A stretch of 64,000 bases of DNA from an uncultured bacterium (lineage in GTDB: Bacteria; Fermentibacterota; Fermentibacteria; Fermentibacterales; JCC-6), in contig CAYRQP010000001.1 in the NCBI GenBank assembly GCA_964426545.1, forward strand, positions 144,507-208,506. Reading direction: 5' to 3'. The position numbers and the translations under genes are program-made. The notes below the pieces were generated by a model. It had not been told where the DNA came from and did no database searches. It was given only the letters and a program-made list of their open reading frames with translations. Below, one piece after another: positions 46,136-56,115 of the stretch; position 1 is the stretch's first letter; each line of letters opens with the position of its first letter.

Positions 46136-47887
46136 CTATACCGACCAGGAGATCTCCTCTGATAAACCAACACTCTTCAGAACATCCCGACGCTTCAATT
46201 TCTTTGTTGTTGTTTTCGGGAATGCTTCCTCGTGAATGATAATCCGTGTTATATGCTTGTAGAGTGGATTCACCTTGTTGTTCTCCTTGACGACATTCTT
46301 CATGTAATCAGCGATGAACACCGTTTTAAGCTGTATTTCCTGCTCTGAAGCAAGTTCGATGAACTTCTCCATATCGGGTACGATTATCATCCAGATCTGC
46401 TCCCCTTTAGGCTCGACAAGTTTGCCGGCAGCCATGCATTCGAGGATGAGCGGTTCCTTCCCTATCTGCATCTCAAGTTCTTCGGGATAAACATTCTGAC
46501 CGTTCTTTGCGATTATTACATTCTTCTTCCTGCCTGTGATGAACAGATGTCCTGTCTTGTCGAAATGTCCGTAATCACCGGTGCTGAACCAGCCGTCCTT
46601 TGTGAGTATCTTGTCAGTTTCTTCCTTGTTTTCGAAGTAACCACCCATTACATTCGGACCCCTGACGATTATTTCGCCGTTTCCGTAGGCATCGGGGGCA
46701 TCAATAAAGCCTTCCCCACCGGGAACCAGTTTCCCAACAGCACCGAATACATTGTCGTCGATAGTATTACAGGTCATCATTGGAGATGTTTCAGTGAGAC
46801 CGTATCCCTGCAGAAATGTGAATCCGAGTTTCTCGAAACCCGCTACAACTTTGTCATCGATTCCGGCTCCGCCTGAAATGCAATATCTCAGTTTCCCACC
46901 GAATTTATCATGAACTGCTGAAAATATCTTTTTTCTTACACCGGATGCACCAAACAGTCCGGCTACGGTTGAGATTGTCAGACCAATGTTGTATTTAAGC
47001 GATCCACCTTTCATAGCCATTATCTTGCCGAATATTTTTTTGTACATCGCCTCCCACAGAAGCGGTACTGCCAGCAGGCAAGAGACACCCTCATCTACCA
47101 TGTCTTCCGCAACATGGCGGATTCCCCTGCAGTAAACAATAGTACATCCCTTGGAAATCGGATACAGAAATCCCGCCGTTCCCTCGAATGTGTGATGCAC
47201 AGGCAGGATAGATAAAAAGGTATCATCTTCCGTGATGTCTATGGACTGAACCATCTGCCTTACATTGGCAATGAGATTGTCCTGTGTGAGAACTACGCCT
47301 TTTGCCTGCCCGGTTGTCCCTGACGTATAGCAGATGGCTCCGGGTTTCCCTGTGTCATATACCTCCGGGAGTTTGGCTGCACTTCCGGCTCCCTTCCGAA
47401 GAACATCATTGAACACTTCGAATCCGGAACAGTGAGCACAGTTCATTGCAATGATTCCAACCTTTTCCCTGATAACGCTCTTCTCCCGCAGTTCCTCCAT
47501 GTATTTTTCATCTCCGAAGAACAGATTCGCATGTGAATAGTGTAGAATCGTGAGTATTTCGGAGACAGGTATTTCCCTGTCGATGGGGACAATTGTACCA
47601 CCCGCAAAGAGAGTGGCAAAGTAAACTGTTGACCACTGCACACTGTTGATTCCGGCAACCCCAACTATAGGGTTACTTGTTTTGTCGAGGATTGCCCTTG
47701 CAAGGGAAGTTACGTTCTTTCGGAAGTCCTGGTAGGTTGTAGTTTTGAACTTGCCGTTCTTATCCGCTTCCCTGAATATCGCTCGGTCAGGGAATTTGAC
47801 AGCACTTTCGTTAAGCAACTGCGGGATGTTCTTCAATGTATCCCGGGCAGTAAGAGAAACACCAGAAAATATCTGTACCATGTTCAC
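46136..47887 (-). CDS. AMP-binding acyl-CoA synthetase / long-chain fatty acid--CoA ligase
   Basis: 583 aa with AMP-binding motif YTSGTTGQAKGV and the adenylation core. Confidence 0.8.
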   Translation of the reverse strand: MNMVQIFSGVSLTARDTLKNIPQLLNESAVKFPDRAIFREADKNGKFKTTTYQDFRKNVTSLARAILDKTSNPIVGVAGINSVQWSTVYFATLFAGGTIVPIDREIPVSEILTILHYSHANLFFGDEKYMEELREKSVIREKVGIIAMNCAHCSGFEVFNDVLRKGAGSAAKLPEVYDTGKPGAICYTSGTTGQAKGVVLTQDNLIANVRQMVQSIDITEDDTFLSILPVHHTFEGTAGFLYPISKGCTIVYCRGIRHVAEDMVDEGVSCLLAVPLLWEAMYKKIFGKIMAMKGGSLKYNIGLTISTVAGLFGASGVRKKIFSAVHDKFGGKLRYCISGGAGIDDKVVAGFEKLGFTFLQGYGLTETSPMMTCNTIDDNVFGAVGKLVPGGEGFIDAPDAYGNGEIIVRGPNVMGGYFENKEETDKILTKDGWFSTGDYGHFDKTGHLFITGRKKNVIIAKNGQNVYPEELEMQIGKEPLILECMAAGKLVEPKGEQIWMIIVPDMEKFIELASEQEIQLKTVFIADYMKNVVKENNKVNPLYKHITRIIIHEEAFPKTTTKKLKRRDVLKSVGLSEEISWSV

Positions 47888-48078
47888 CTTCCAAAAGGTT
47901 AATAATTTTATACTTCGGTGTAAATATAAGCGAAATGACGACCTTTGACATATGAGAGTTTAGCAGCGGCTTCCAGGGGGCATACCGAAACCGCTCGTTA
48001 TCAATTTTACGCGGGGTGATTACGGTCGATACACTGATTTCTGCGGATGAATCAGCATCACCGGAGCCTGCCCATACC

Positions 48079-49350
48079 TCATATCTCGTCAACTGTAGCT
48101 GCAATCCGGAAACCGACAAAAGGAAATCCGAGTGTGGTGTCGGGATAAAAAACAGCACCGCACATACAGTCATCCATCGATGAAAGCCAGCTGCCGCCTT
48201 TTGCTGCATATGTTACCGAATCACCGGATATACACCACTCCCAGACATTTCCCGCCATGTCATAGAGTCCCCAGTCATTCGCCTTATAAGTTCCTACCGG
48301 TGCAGTCAGCGAGAATCCATCATCTATCGAAGGATGCCGCCTGAGCATTCCTTCTCCGGAATCAGACAGATTCAGGAGAGTTCCATCCGGTCTTTCCGCT
48401 CCCCATGGATACGGGCCATTACCCCCCCCGAGTGCTGCATTGGTCCACTCATACTCCGTAGGGAGACGGTAGACAACACAGTCGAGACCAGTTTCATTCA
48501 GCCAGCTGCAATAACCTGCAGCCGCCTGTACAGACATTCCTGCGGCAGGATAATCATCGAGTCCTTCAATGACGCTCCACTGTCCGAATAGATCGATTCT
48601 AAACGGTATTGGAAAGTCACCCGGGAAGAGTTCTTCTATCAGGTCTGTTCTCCCCCAGCGCCATGTGCTGTCTGACTCCGGATTAGGTTCGAGGTACTTC
48701 AGGTACTCACAGAATTCGAGATTGGTTACTTCGAAAATACCAATGAGATAGTCGTCTCCCGCCTGAACTTCCCGGACAATGACAGTATCAGATGCAGTTA
48801 CTGCGAGATCGGCATCAGGAATGTGCATCATATTGTCTTCAAGACGACACGGGAGCAGAAAGTGAAAGTACCGCGGCCGGTTGGAAATAATGGTAAAGCT
48901 ATCCCGCATGACTATCATCTCATCAAGAACAAGTTTTATAGTGTGGGTGCCCGGAGTTTCCATCTCTATATCCAGTGGAGTTCTGCCGTACAATTCAGAA
49001 TTTATATAAACTTCTGCCCCCTCCGGCTCCGATGTTATCCCAATCGGAAATACGAAGGGTAGAACTATGATGACAGAAACCGTTTCGTCTGCATGAATCA
49101 GTGTATCGACCCGAACTCGTCCGGTATGAGTAATGCTGACTTCGAGCCCGCTTTCCGGAACTGGTATGTTTGTGGGCAGTATACAGATGAAACCTGTTTC
49201 CGTGGTGAGGACCGCCCCGGTTGGGACGGAATCCACAGAGATTATGGAGACCGGCCAGTCTACGGCAAACATCAGGAAGAGCAGTACGACCAGGGTTGAA
49301 ATAAGTAGGAGAAGCATCCAGTACATTGAGAAAAGACTCCCTTTTTTCAT
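48079..49350 (-). CDS. Membrane-anchored PEGA-repeat protein with C-terminal formylglycine-generating-enzyme (FGE/SUMF1)-like domain
   Basis: 423 aa with an N-terminal TM/signal, PEGA-like motifs (PEGAEVYINSELYGRTP) and a C-terminal FGE-sulfatase fold signature (GLYDMAGNVWEWC ... GFR). Confidence 0.7.
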   Translation of the reverse strand: MKKGSLFSMYWMLLLLISTLVVLLFLMFAVDWPVSIISVDSVPTGAVLTTETGFICILPTNIPVPESGLEVSITHTGRVRVDTLIHADETVSVIIVLPFVFPIGITSEPEGAEVYINSELYGRTPLDIEMETPGTHTIKLVLDEMIVMRDSFTIISNRPRYFHFLLPCRLEDNMMHIPDADLAVTASDTVIVREVQAGDDYLIGIFEVTNLEFCEYLKYLEPNPESDSTWRWGRTDLIEELFPGDFPIPFRIDLFGQWSVIEGLDDYPAAGMSVQAAAGYCSWLNETGLDCVVYRLPTEYEWTNAALGGGNGPYPWGAERPDGTLLNLSDSGEGMLRRHPSIDDGFSLTAPVGTYKANDWGLYDMAGNVWEWCISGDSVTYAAKGGSWLSSMDDCMCGAVFYPDTTLGFPFVGFRIAATVDEI

Positions 49351-50751
49351 TTAACCTGACCAGTCATTCTTCAGCACCGCCTTGATATCATCGAGCAACT
49401 GTCCCATTTTAATGTCCCGCCAAAGACGCTTCAGAATATAAGAAGGGCGGAAGTAGAACTTTCTGTGGAACAACGCATAGTAATGCTGTATTGTGTCCCA
49501 ATCGAGATTCTCGTGTTTCCAGACTTCTGTTGTCGAGTGAAAATTGTATTTGTCCCAGTCCTTCGAGAGTATTCTCCCTTCCCTGTCTATCTGTCTGAAA
49601 AGAGCAGAAGACGGAAAAGGAAGAGTCATCGATGCCTTTGCATAAGTCAAAGGAAGACTGCAGGCAAAACGAATTGTTTCCTTCATTGTTTCGACAGTAT
49701 CACCGGGAAGACCCATCATGAAAAACCCGACGGTTTCAAGTCCGGCATCATGCGCAAGTGTGACTGCTCTTCTTATCTGTGCGGGGGTCTGCTTCTTGGC
49801 AACCCTCTTGAGTAATTCCTCGACACCGCTTTCGATACCGAAGGAGACCTGATAGCATCCGGCTTCGGCAGCCAGTTCGAAAAATTCACTGTCGCAATCG
49901 TGCACATTTACGCCTGTTGGAAGTGCCCACGGTGCAGGAAACTCCGACTCTATCAGAAGTCTGCAGACCTCTTTTGCACTATCTATATCTGCTGTAAAAT
50001 TATCGTCCTTTACATGGATATCTTCGAATCCGCACTTCAGCATGTAGAACATCTCTTCGACCACTCTGTCCGCCGATTTCGACCGTACATTGTGGCCGAA
50101 TACATTCTGGCTGCAGTATGTGCAGAAATGATTGCAGCCGCGGTTCGTTTCCATATAGCCGACAGGATTTCTGCGGGATGCTATGTGGGGAGAGTGATAG
50201 TATTTCAGGTCGTGAAGATGCCATGCCGGAAGCGGGAGTTCATTGAGGTCTTCAATCAGTTTTCGAGGGGGATTCAACGTGTAACCATCACCCTTACCGA
50301 AAGCAATGCCATCGATCTCAGTAAGGTCTCTCCCCCTGCAGATCTCCCTGATTGTAATCTCACCTTCACCTATGCAGGCAATATCGAATTCGCTTTCGTC
50401 GAGAACCTGCTGAGGTAGTGATGTAGCGTGTATCCCGCCGCAGACTGCTATTGTGTGGGGTAGAATTTCCTTCGCTATCGATGCGAGTTCCCGGGCTTCG
50501 CTGTAGAGTGGTGTAGTAAATGTAACACCGACATAGTCAGGCTGAAACTCTCTCAGGCAATCCCGATAAGCAGACATTGGTGCGCCTTCTATCATCAGGT
50601 CTGCAATCTTAACCCCGTGCCCGTCTTCGAGAAGTGACGAGGCAAGACTTGCGAGTGTGACAAACGGCGCTGCGGTTATCGCAACCCTAATCTTACTTTC
50701 GTCATACACACCAATCGCCGACCGCGGATTAACCAGTAATATCCTGCTCAA
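49351..50751 (-). CDS. Cobalamin (B12)-binding domain radical SAM protein (class B rSAM), second copy in window
   Basis: 466 aa with a B12-binding-like N-terminus and rSAM motif NRGCNHFCTYCSQ. Its stop abuts the start of the FGE-like gene. Confidence 0.85.
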   Translation of the reverse strand: MSRILLVNPRSAIGVYDESKIRVAITAAPFVTLASLASSLLEDGHGVKIADLMIEGAPMSAYRDCLREFQPDYVGVTFTTPLYSEARELASIAKEILPHTIAVCGGIHATSLPQQVLDESEFDIACIGEGEITIREICRGRDLTEIDGIAFGKGDGYTLNPPRKLIEDLNELPLPAWHLHDLKYYHSPHIASRRNPVGYMETNRGCNHFCTYCSQNVFGHNVRSKSADRVVEEMFYMLKCGFEDIHVKDDNFTADIDSAKEVCRLLIESEFPAPWALPTGVNVHDCDSEFFELAAEAGCYQVSFGIESGVEELLKRVAKKQTPAQIRRAVTLAHDAGLETVGFFMMGLPGDTVETMKETIRFACSLPLTYAKASMTLPFPSSALFRQIDREGRILSKDWDKYNFHSTTEVWKHENLDWDTIQHYYALFHRKFYFRPSYILKRLWRDIKMGQLLDDIKAVLKNDWSG

Positions 50752-50953
50752 ACAAAACCTCCTTCCCTAAATATAATACAACGGTACCGTACGTCATTCC
50801 TTCCACTCAGTTGTCGGGTTTATCAGCGCATTCTTCAATAAACACCAAAATTCCGCAATCAGCTATCTTTTGCTATGTTATATTAGAGATATGATTTCTT
50901 CTTTCCTTAGTACGCATCAACTTTTCTAAAGGCACTTAACGGATTGGGCAGTT

Positions 50954-53224
50954 ATGACTATATGTAAATCAGGTTTATTCACACTTCTTATTCTCCTCAC
51001 ACTTACAGTCAGTATTGCTTCAGCGCAATTGCCCGGGCAGCCTTACGCTTCCTATTGGCATCCGAATGACCTGCTGACCTGGACACCGGAATCAGACCCG
51101 GACGCTCCCTACAATGTAAGCGGAATCGAACTTTCCAACAGGTTCGTCGGACCGATCAAGGTAAATGAGCATGCCCGTGAATACGAAGCAAGAATAGCAG
51201 CACTTTCGATAATGTATCCTTCGACCAGTGGTAATCCGTCTCAGGGCACAAATGTCTTCGACTGCTATACATTCAACTACTGGCAGTACACTCAGTTGCT
51301 AGTCATGTGGGGCGGATCTGCAGGAGAAGGACTGATACTTGCTCCCAACCCGGGTGTGATTACAGCCGGCCATCGCAATGGAGTGTTTGTATATGGTACC
51401 ATCTTCTTCCCTCCTGTTGTGTATGGGGGCCAGATTGACTGGGTATGGGATTTTGTACAGAAAGATGGAGATACTTTCCCTGTAGCCGACAAATTGATCG
51501 AGGTTGCTGAATATTACGGTTTCGACGGATGGTTCATCAATCAGGAGACTGCGGGTGGAAACACTCAACTTGCACAGGATATGCGAGACCTGATGGAATA
51601 TATTCAGATTAATTCGGACATCAGAATAATGTGGTACGATGCGATGATAGAAACAGGTGGAATCGCCTGGCAGAACTCACTGAATATCAATAATGACATG
51701 TTTTTCGAAGATGATGGAATAATCTCCAATGAGATGTTCCTGAATTTCTGGTGGTCTGCAAACGGACTTCGGCTTTCAGCTGAGTATGCTGAAAATCTCG
51801 GCAGAAGTCCTTATGAACTTTATGCCGGGGTCGATGTTCAGGCAAATGGGTACTACACCAACGTGAACTGGGACGGAGTCTTCCCCGAAGGTGAAGCACA
51901 CATGACTTCTCTGGGTTTCTACTGCCCGAACTGGTGTTATTCGAACTCACCTACTCACGAAGTTTTCTACCAGAGAGCAAACCGCTTCTGGGTTGGAGCC
52001 AATCGTGACCCGGCTAACACCGAGACAACAAGTCCATGGAAGGGAATGGCACACTATGTCCCCGCTACATCTCCCGTTATCAGCATACCTTTCGTAACCA
52101 ACTTCAATACAGGGCAGGGACACTTTTACGCCATTGAAGGGGATGTCTGTGCTGAGTTTGATTGGAGTAACCGTGCTCTTCAGGATGTTCTCCCCACCTG
52201 GCGCTGGGTCACTGAAAGCAGCGGAACTCCGCTTTATCCGGAATTGGACTGGGATGATGCCTTTTGCGGCGGAACCTGTCTGAAGATATCCGGCGGTCTC
52301 TATCCGGGCTTCCCGACCGCTCTCCACCTATATAAAACTGCTGTGAGACTATCGGATGAAAACATCCTTACCGTTGCGTGGAAGAGCGGAGAAGTCGGTG
52401 ATGCATCCTGTCTTGAGATCGGTCTGGCACTTAACAACTGGGAGACATTCACATATTTCGATGTCGGGAATTCTATGGTTGATGGCTGGAATGAAACTGA
52501 GATCGACCTGAGTTCTCACTCCGGAGAATACCTGAACGCTATTGCACTGAGGTTCGATACTGATCAGGCACAACCGGAGTATGAGATCAAGATTGGAAGA
52601 CTCGGTATAACAACGAGTGAACCGGACACTCCTCTTCCGCCATCCGGACTGACTGTCGATGCCTTTCAGCAGATAGATGATAATAACGGGACAATCAGAC
52701 TTAAATGGAATCACTCTCCAGACCCTGCTTATACCTACTTCGTATTCAGGCAGAATGCCGACTCTACACGAACCTTCCTTGGAGGAACCCCCAATAACGC
52801 CTACTTCGTGCCTTCTGTAATCCGTGAAGGAGAAGAGACGTCGACAGTTATTGAAGTGGCTGCCGTAAGTCCCGGATTCAACTACTCCACGGCTGATACT
52901 GTAAGCATAGATTGGACTATTACCGGAATAGAAGAGACAGATTTCATCTTCAGTTTTGGGATACTGAGTACTTTCCCAAATCCATCGAGTAAAACAACAT
53001 CCATCAGATATTCGCTGCATGCAGAGAATGATGTAAATATTGCAGTTTACAGTATCGACGGCAGGATTATCGAAGAAATATCAGATGGGATTCGCAGTGC
53101 AGGTGAACATATCTTGGACTGGAATCATCTGGATGCAGCTTCGGGTATCTACTTTGTTCGTCTCACTTCGGGAGAATGCAGTGATGTTAGAAGGACAATT
53201 GTCTGCAATTCGACTAATCAGTGA
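50954..53224 (+). CDS. Secreted GH85-like endo-beta-N-acetylglucosaminidase with T9SS-type C-terminal sorting domain
   Basis: 756 aa with a signal peptide. The catalytic-region motifs FNYWQY...AGHRNGVFVYGTIFFPP and GFDGWFINQET parallel the GH85 AHRNGV...GT and DGW(L/F)(I/L)N(I/F)E (N-x-E) signatures. The C-terminus ends SGIYFVRLTSGECSDVRRTIVCNS, a T9SS CTD-like tail. Confidence 0.6.
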   Translation: MTICKSGLFTLLILLTLTVSIASAQLPGQPYASYWHPNDLLTWTPESDPDAPYNVSGIELSNRFVGPIKVNEHAREYEARIAALSIMYPSTSGNPSQGTNVFDCYTFNYWQYTQLLVMWGGSAGEGLILAPNPGVITAGHRNGVFVYGTIFFPPVVYGGQIDWVWDFVQKDGDTFPVADKLIEVAEYYGFDGWFINQETAGGNTQLAQDMRDLMEYIQINSDIRIMWYDAMIETGGIAWQNSLNINNDMFFEDDGIISNEMFLNFWWSANGLRLSAEYAENLGRSPYELYAGVDVQANGYYTNVNWDGVFPEGEAHMTSLGFYCPNWCYSNSPTHEVFYQRANRFWVGANRDPANTETTSPWKGMAHYVPATSPVISIPFVTNFNTGQGHFYAIEGDVCAEFDWSNRALQDVLPTWRWVTESSGTPLYPELDWDDAFCGGTCLKISGGLYPGFPTALHLYKTAVRLSDENILTVAWKSGEVGDASCLEIGLALNNWETFTYFDVGNSMVDGWNETEIDLSSHSGEYLNAIALRFDTDQAQPEYEIKIGRLGITTSEPDTPLPPSGLTVDAFQQIDDNNGTIRLKWNHSPDPAYTYFVFRQNADSTRTFLGGTPNNAYFVPSVIREGEETSTVIEVAAVSPGFNYSTADTVSIDWTITGIEETDFIFSFGILSTFPNPSSKTTSIRYSLHAENDVNIAVYSIDGRIIEEISDGIRSAGEHILDWNHLDAASGIYFVRLTSGECSDVRRTIVCNSTNQ

Positions 53225-53993
53225 ATATTCTGTGTTTTTCCTGTTTCCGCATAAACAGTATCAGGTAGAGTATGCTTCCCGCCAGGGTTACTATAAGCAG
53301 GTAGGACTCTTCTGGTCCAAAACTCCCCCAATGCGGCGTATCTTCACACCTGAATAATGTCGGGAGTAACTTATGACCGCTTACACTCCATCCGAATATC
53401 ATTCCCGTGAAGAAGTTCCAGAACCAGTGAACTACTGTCGGCAGTACCAATCCGTCAGTAGTCATTCGCATCAAACCGAATACGATACCTGCAAGAAATA
53501 TGTTGAAGAGTCCCAAAAAGGAGAGATTCGAATTCCCGATATGAAGCAGAGCAAAGAGCAGTGAAGAGAAAACTGCTCCCTCCTGCCATTTCCCCCTGAA
53601 GCTGAATACATCCATGAGAAGCCCCCTGCATAGTATCTCTTCCGTTGCTGCAAGAAAAAACAAGGCACCCGCATAAATAAACCAGTTAGAAGAAACTCCG
53701 ATAAATTCCGGATTACTCATCATTGCTATTACCAGAAACGGCCCTGCTATTATCAGCGTAGAGAGTAAAGCAGTTCGTGGATTGTCCACGCGGAAATGTG
53801 ATGCTACGGTCGGTAATTTACGAAAGAGAAGAAACAAAGCTACAATAGCAATGAAACCACCTTCAGCCTGCCTAAGAATCGGGTCATCGATAAAGTCAAA
53901 TAGACCGAAAAAAATGACTTCAAATAGAAGATATAGAAAGAGGATAAGTACTGCAAAGCTGATTCGCTTGAGCGGTGAATATGTTAGGGACAT
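53214..53993 (-). CDS. CPBP-family intramembrane glutamic endopeptidase (CAAX protease-like)
   Basis: 259 aa with the motifs EEILCRG, FALLH and HxxxN (ATEEILCRGLLMD; LFALLHIGN). Its start codon sits inside a GGGACATGATTTC repeat copy. Confidence 0.8.
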   Translation of the reverse strand: MSLTYSPLKRISFAVLILFLYLLFEVIFFGLFDFIDDPILRQAEGGFIAIVALFLLFRKLPTVASHFRVDNPRTALLSTLIIAGPFLVIAMMSNPEFIGVSSNWFIYAGALFFLAATEEILCRGLLMDVFSFRGKWQEGAVFSSLLFALLHIGNSNLSFLGLFNIFLAGIVFGLMRMTTDGLVLPTVVHWFWNFFTGMIFGWSVSGHKLLPTLFRCEDTPHWGSFGPEESYLLIVTLAGSILYLILFMRKQEKHRIFTD

Positions 53994-54105
53994 GATTTCA
54001 TCGTGTTTCGGAATTCCGAAGCATTGTTATACCCTTCCCGTTTGCACCACGAATCCGGAGAATGTCCCGTGTTCTGTAGGGACATGATTTCATCGTGTCC
54101 CGTTA
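53985..54105. repeat. Duplicated GGGACATGATTTCATCGTGT(CCC) module; one copy overlaps the CPBP start codon, the second lies about 90 bp upstream
   Basis: TTAGGGACATGATTTCATCGTGT is at 53985-54006 and TGTAGGGACATGATTTCATCGTGTCCCGTTA at 54076-54105. A nested inverted repeat ATGTCCC...GGGACAT is at 54062-54085. The same module occurs at 25080-25110. Confidence 0.7.
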
Positions 54106-54151
54106 TACCTATACTATAGCCGATTTATTACAGTATTGTTCCTATTGTGTC

Positions 54152-54922
54152 TTATAAGTTAACAGATTCAGCAACGTCCCCTATTATTGCAGCAAAGCTG
54201 CCGGAGTTCAGACTGGCGCCTCCTACAAGAGCGCCGTTTATATCGGGTTGACTAAGGATGTCACGGGCATTTTCAGGTTTGACGCTGCCGCCGTACTGGA
54301 TTCGAAGGCCGGAGGTGAATTCATCTCCACGCAATTCCGCAACCCATCCCCTTATCAAAGCGTGCATCCGCTGAGCTTCTTCCGGAGTTGCCGTGAGTCC
54401 TGTTCCAATTGCCCACACCGGTTCATATGCAATTACGAAGTTATCTGAAGTCGCCGCCTCACAATCACCAAGAGAAGCAATAATCTGTTCTTTCACAACT
54501 TCTTCAGTCAATCCTGCTTCACGCTCACTGATGAGTTCACCGACGCAGAGAATCCCTTTCAGTCCGGCTTTCAGTCCAGCAGAAAGTTTTTTCGAGACAA
54601 TCTCATCGGTCTCACCAAAAACATGTCTGCGTTCACTGTGCCCTGCAAGGAACCATTCGGCACCTGCGTCCTTCAGCATATCCGTACTGATCTCACCCGT
54701 AAAAGCACCTTTCTCCTCCCAGTACAGATCCTGTCCGCCAAGTGCTATATCTGCATCAATCGCAACCCCGGCAAGAACGGAAATAATTGTGAACGGTGGA
54801 AATATCACTATATCATCTGATACATCCTTTGAGCCGAGTTTCTTCATTTCGTTTATGAATCTGAGTCCGGCTTCCGAATTACCATTCATCTTCCAGTTGC
54901 CGCCGATGATCTGTCTCATCAC
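54152..54922 (-). CDS. tpiA: Triose-phosphate isomerase
   Basis: 256 aa with catalytic motifs (GGNWKMNG; LAGHSERR; AYEPVWAIGTG). Confidence 0.9.
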   Translation of the reverse strand: MMRQIIGGNWKMNGNSEAGLRFINEMKKLGSKDVSDDIVIFPPFTIISVLAGVAIDADIALGGQDLYWEEKGAFTGEISTDMLKDAGAEWFLAGHSERRHVFGETDEIVSKKLSAGLKAGLKGILCVGELISEREAGLTEEVVKEQIIASLGDCEAATSDNFVIAYEPVWAIGTGLTATPEEAQRMHALIRGWVAELRGDEFTSGLRIQYGGSVKPENARDILSQPDINGALVGGASLNSGSFAAIIGDVAESVNL

Positions 54923-56115
54923 TGAACACCTTTCAGAACCTTTAGTGCGGGGAGTTCTTTCCCCTGAAGCAATTTCAGGGATGCTCCGCCGCCTGTGGAA
55001 ACGAATGTGACATTCTTGGCGAAACCGGCTTCCTTAACCGCACGGGCAGAATCCCCGCCGCCTATAATCGTCAAGGCACCTGAAACGGTTGCATCTGCAA
55101 GAGCAGTGGCAATTCCCAGCGTTCCTGCACCGAATGGTTTTTTCTCGAACAATCCCATCGGGCCGTTCCACACAATTGTCCTGCTTTTCTGAATAACTTC
55201 AGCAAACATCTCTACTGATGCGGGACCTATGTCGAATCCGGTCTTGTCATCAGGTATTTCTCTGATAGACACTACCTCTGTATCACTTCCCGAATCAGGT
55301 GATGATGCGACTACAACGTCGGTAGCCAGGCGGAAATTCACCCTGAGTTCTGCTGTTTTCCCAATGATGTCCACCGCTGCCTCCACCCTGTCTTCTTCAA
55401 GCAGACTGCCCCCTATCTCATATCCCCGGGCTTTCAGGAATGTGAAGAGCATGCCGCCGCCTATGAGAATGTAATCCAGATGCGGGAGTAGATTATCGAT
55501 GACAGGGATTTTATCCGATACTTTGGCACCCCCGAGAATAAGAGTTAGTGGTCTCGCGGGATTTTTCAGAACAAATCCGAAAATCCTGAGTTCCTTCTTT
55601 ATCAGGAAACCGATAAAGCCACCGCCAAAAATTTCGGGAACTCCCACCATCGACGCATGGCTACGGTGACAGGTTCCGAATGCATCGTTCACATAGATAT
55701 CCGCAAGCGAAGCAAGTTCAGCGGCAAATGCAGGGTTATTGTCCATCTCTTCAGAGTGAAATCGCAGATTTTCAAGAAGCAGTATTTCGCCTGGTTTAAG
55801 AGCGTCTGCAAGGGTTTTAACTCTTGCTCCAACGCAATCCGGAGCAAAAAGCACTTTGCAGTCGAGGAATTCCTGAAGCCTACCTACAAAAGGTTTAAGG
55901 CTTAACTCCGGTACCACTTTTCCACCCGGTCTTCCCAGGTGACTTGCGATAACTACCGATGCCCCTCTTTCAAGAATGTAGTTGATAGTCGGAAAAACCG
56001 CCTTCATTCTCTTGTCGTCGAGAATTTTTCCATCGTGAATAGGAACATTCATGTCCGCCCGGAGAAAGACCCTTTTCCCTTTTATGTCCGCATCGGTTAT
56101 TTTCGGGTAACTCAC
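54919..56115 (-). CDS. pgk: Phosphoglycerate kinase
   Basis: 398 aa with a canonical N-terminus (KRVFLRADMNVP) and a conserved C-terminal domain. Confidence 0.95.
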   Translation of the reverse strand: MSYPKITDADIKGKRVFLRADMNVPIHDGKILDDKRMKAVFPTINYILERGASVVIASHLGRPGGKVVPELSLKPFVGRLQEFLDCKVLFAPDCVGARVKTLADALKPGEILLLENLRFHSEEMDNNPAFAAELASLADIYVNDAFGTCHRSHASMVGVPEIFGGGFIGFLIKKELRIFGFVLKNPARPLTLILGGAKVSDKIPVIDNLLPHLDYILIGGGMLFTFLKARGYEIGGSLLEEDRVEAAVDIIGKTAELRVNFRLATDVVVASSPDSGSDTEVVSIREIPDDKTGFDIGPASVEMFAEVIQKSRTIVWNGPMGLFEKKPFGAGTLGIATALADATVSGALTIIGGGDSARAVKEAGFAKNVTFVSTGGGASLKLLQGKELPALKVLKGVQ

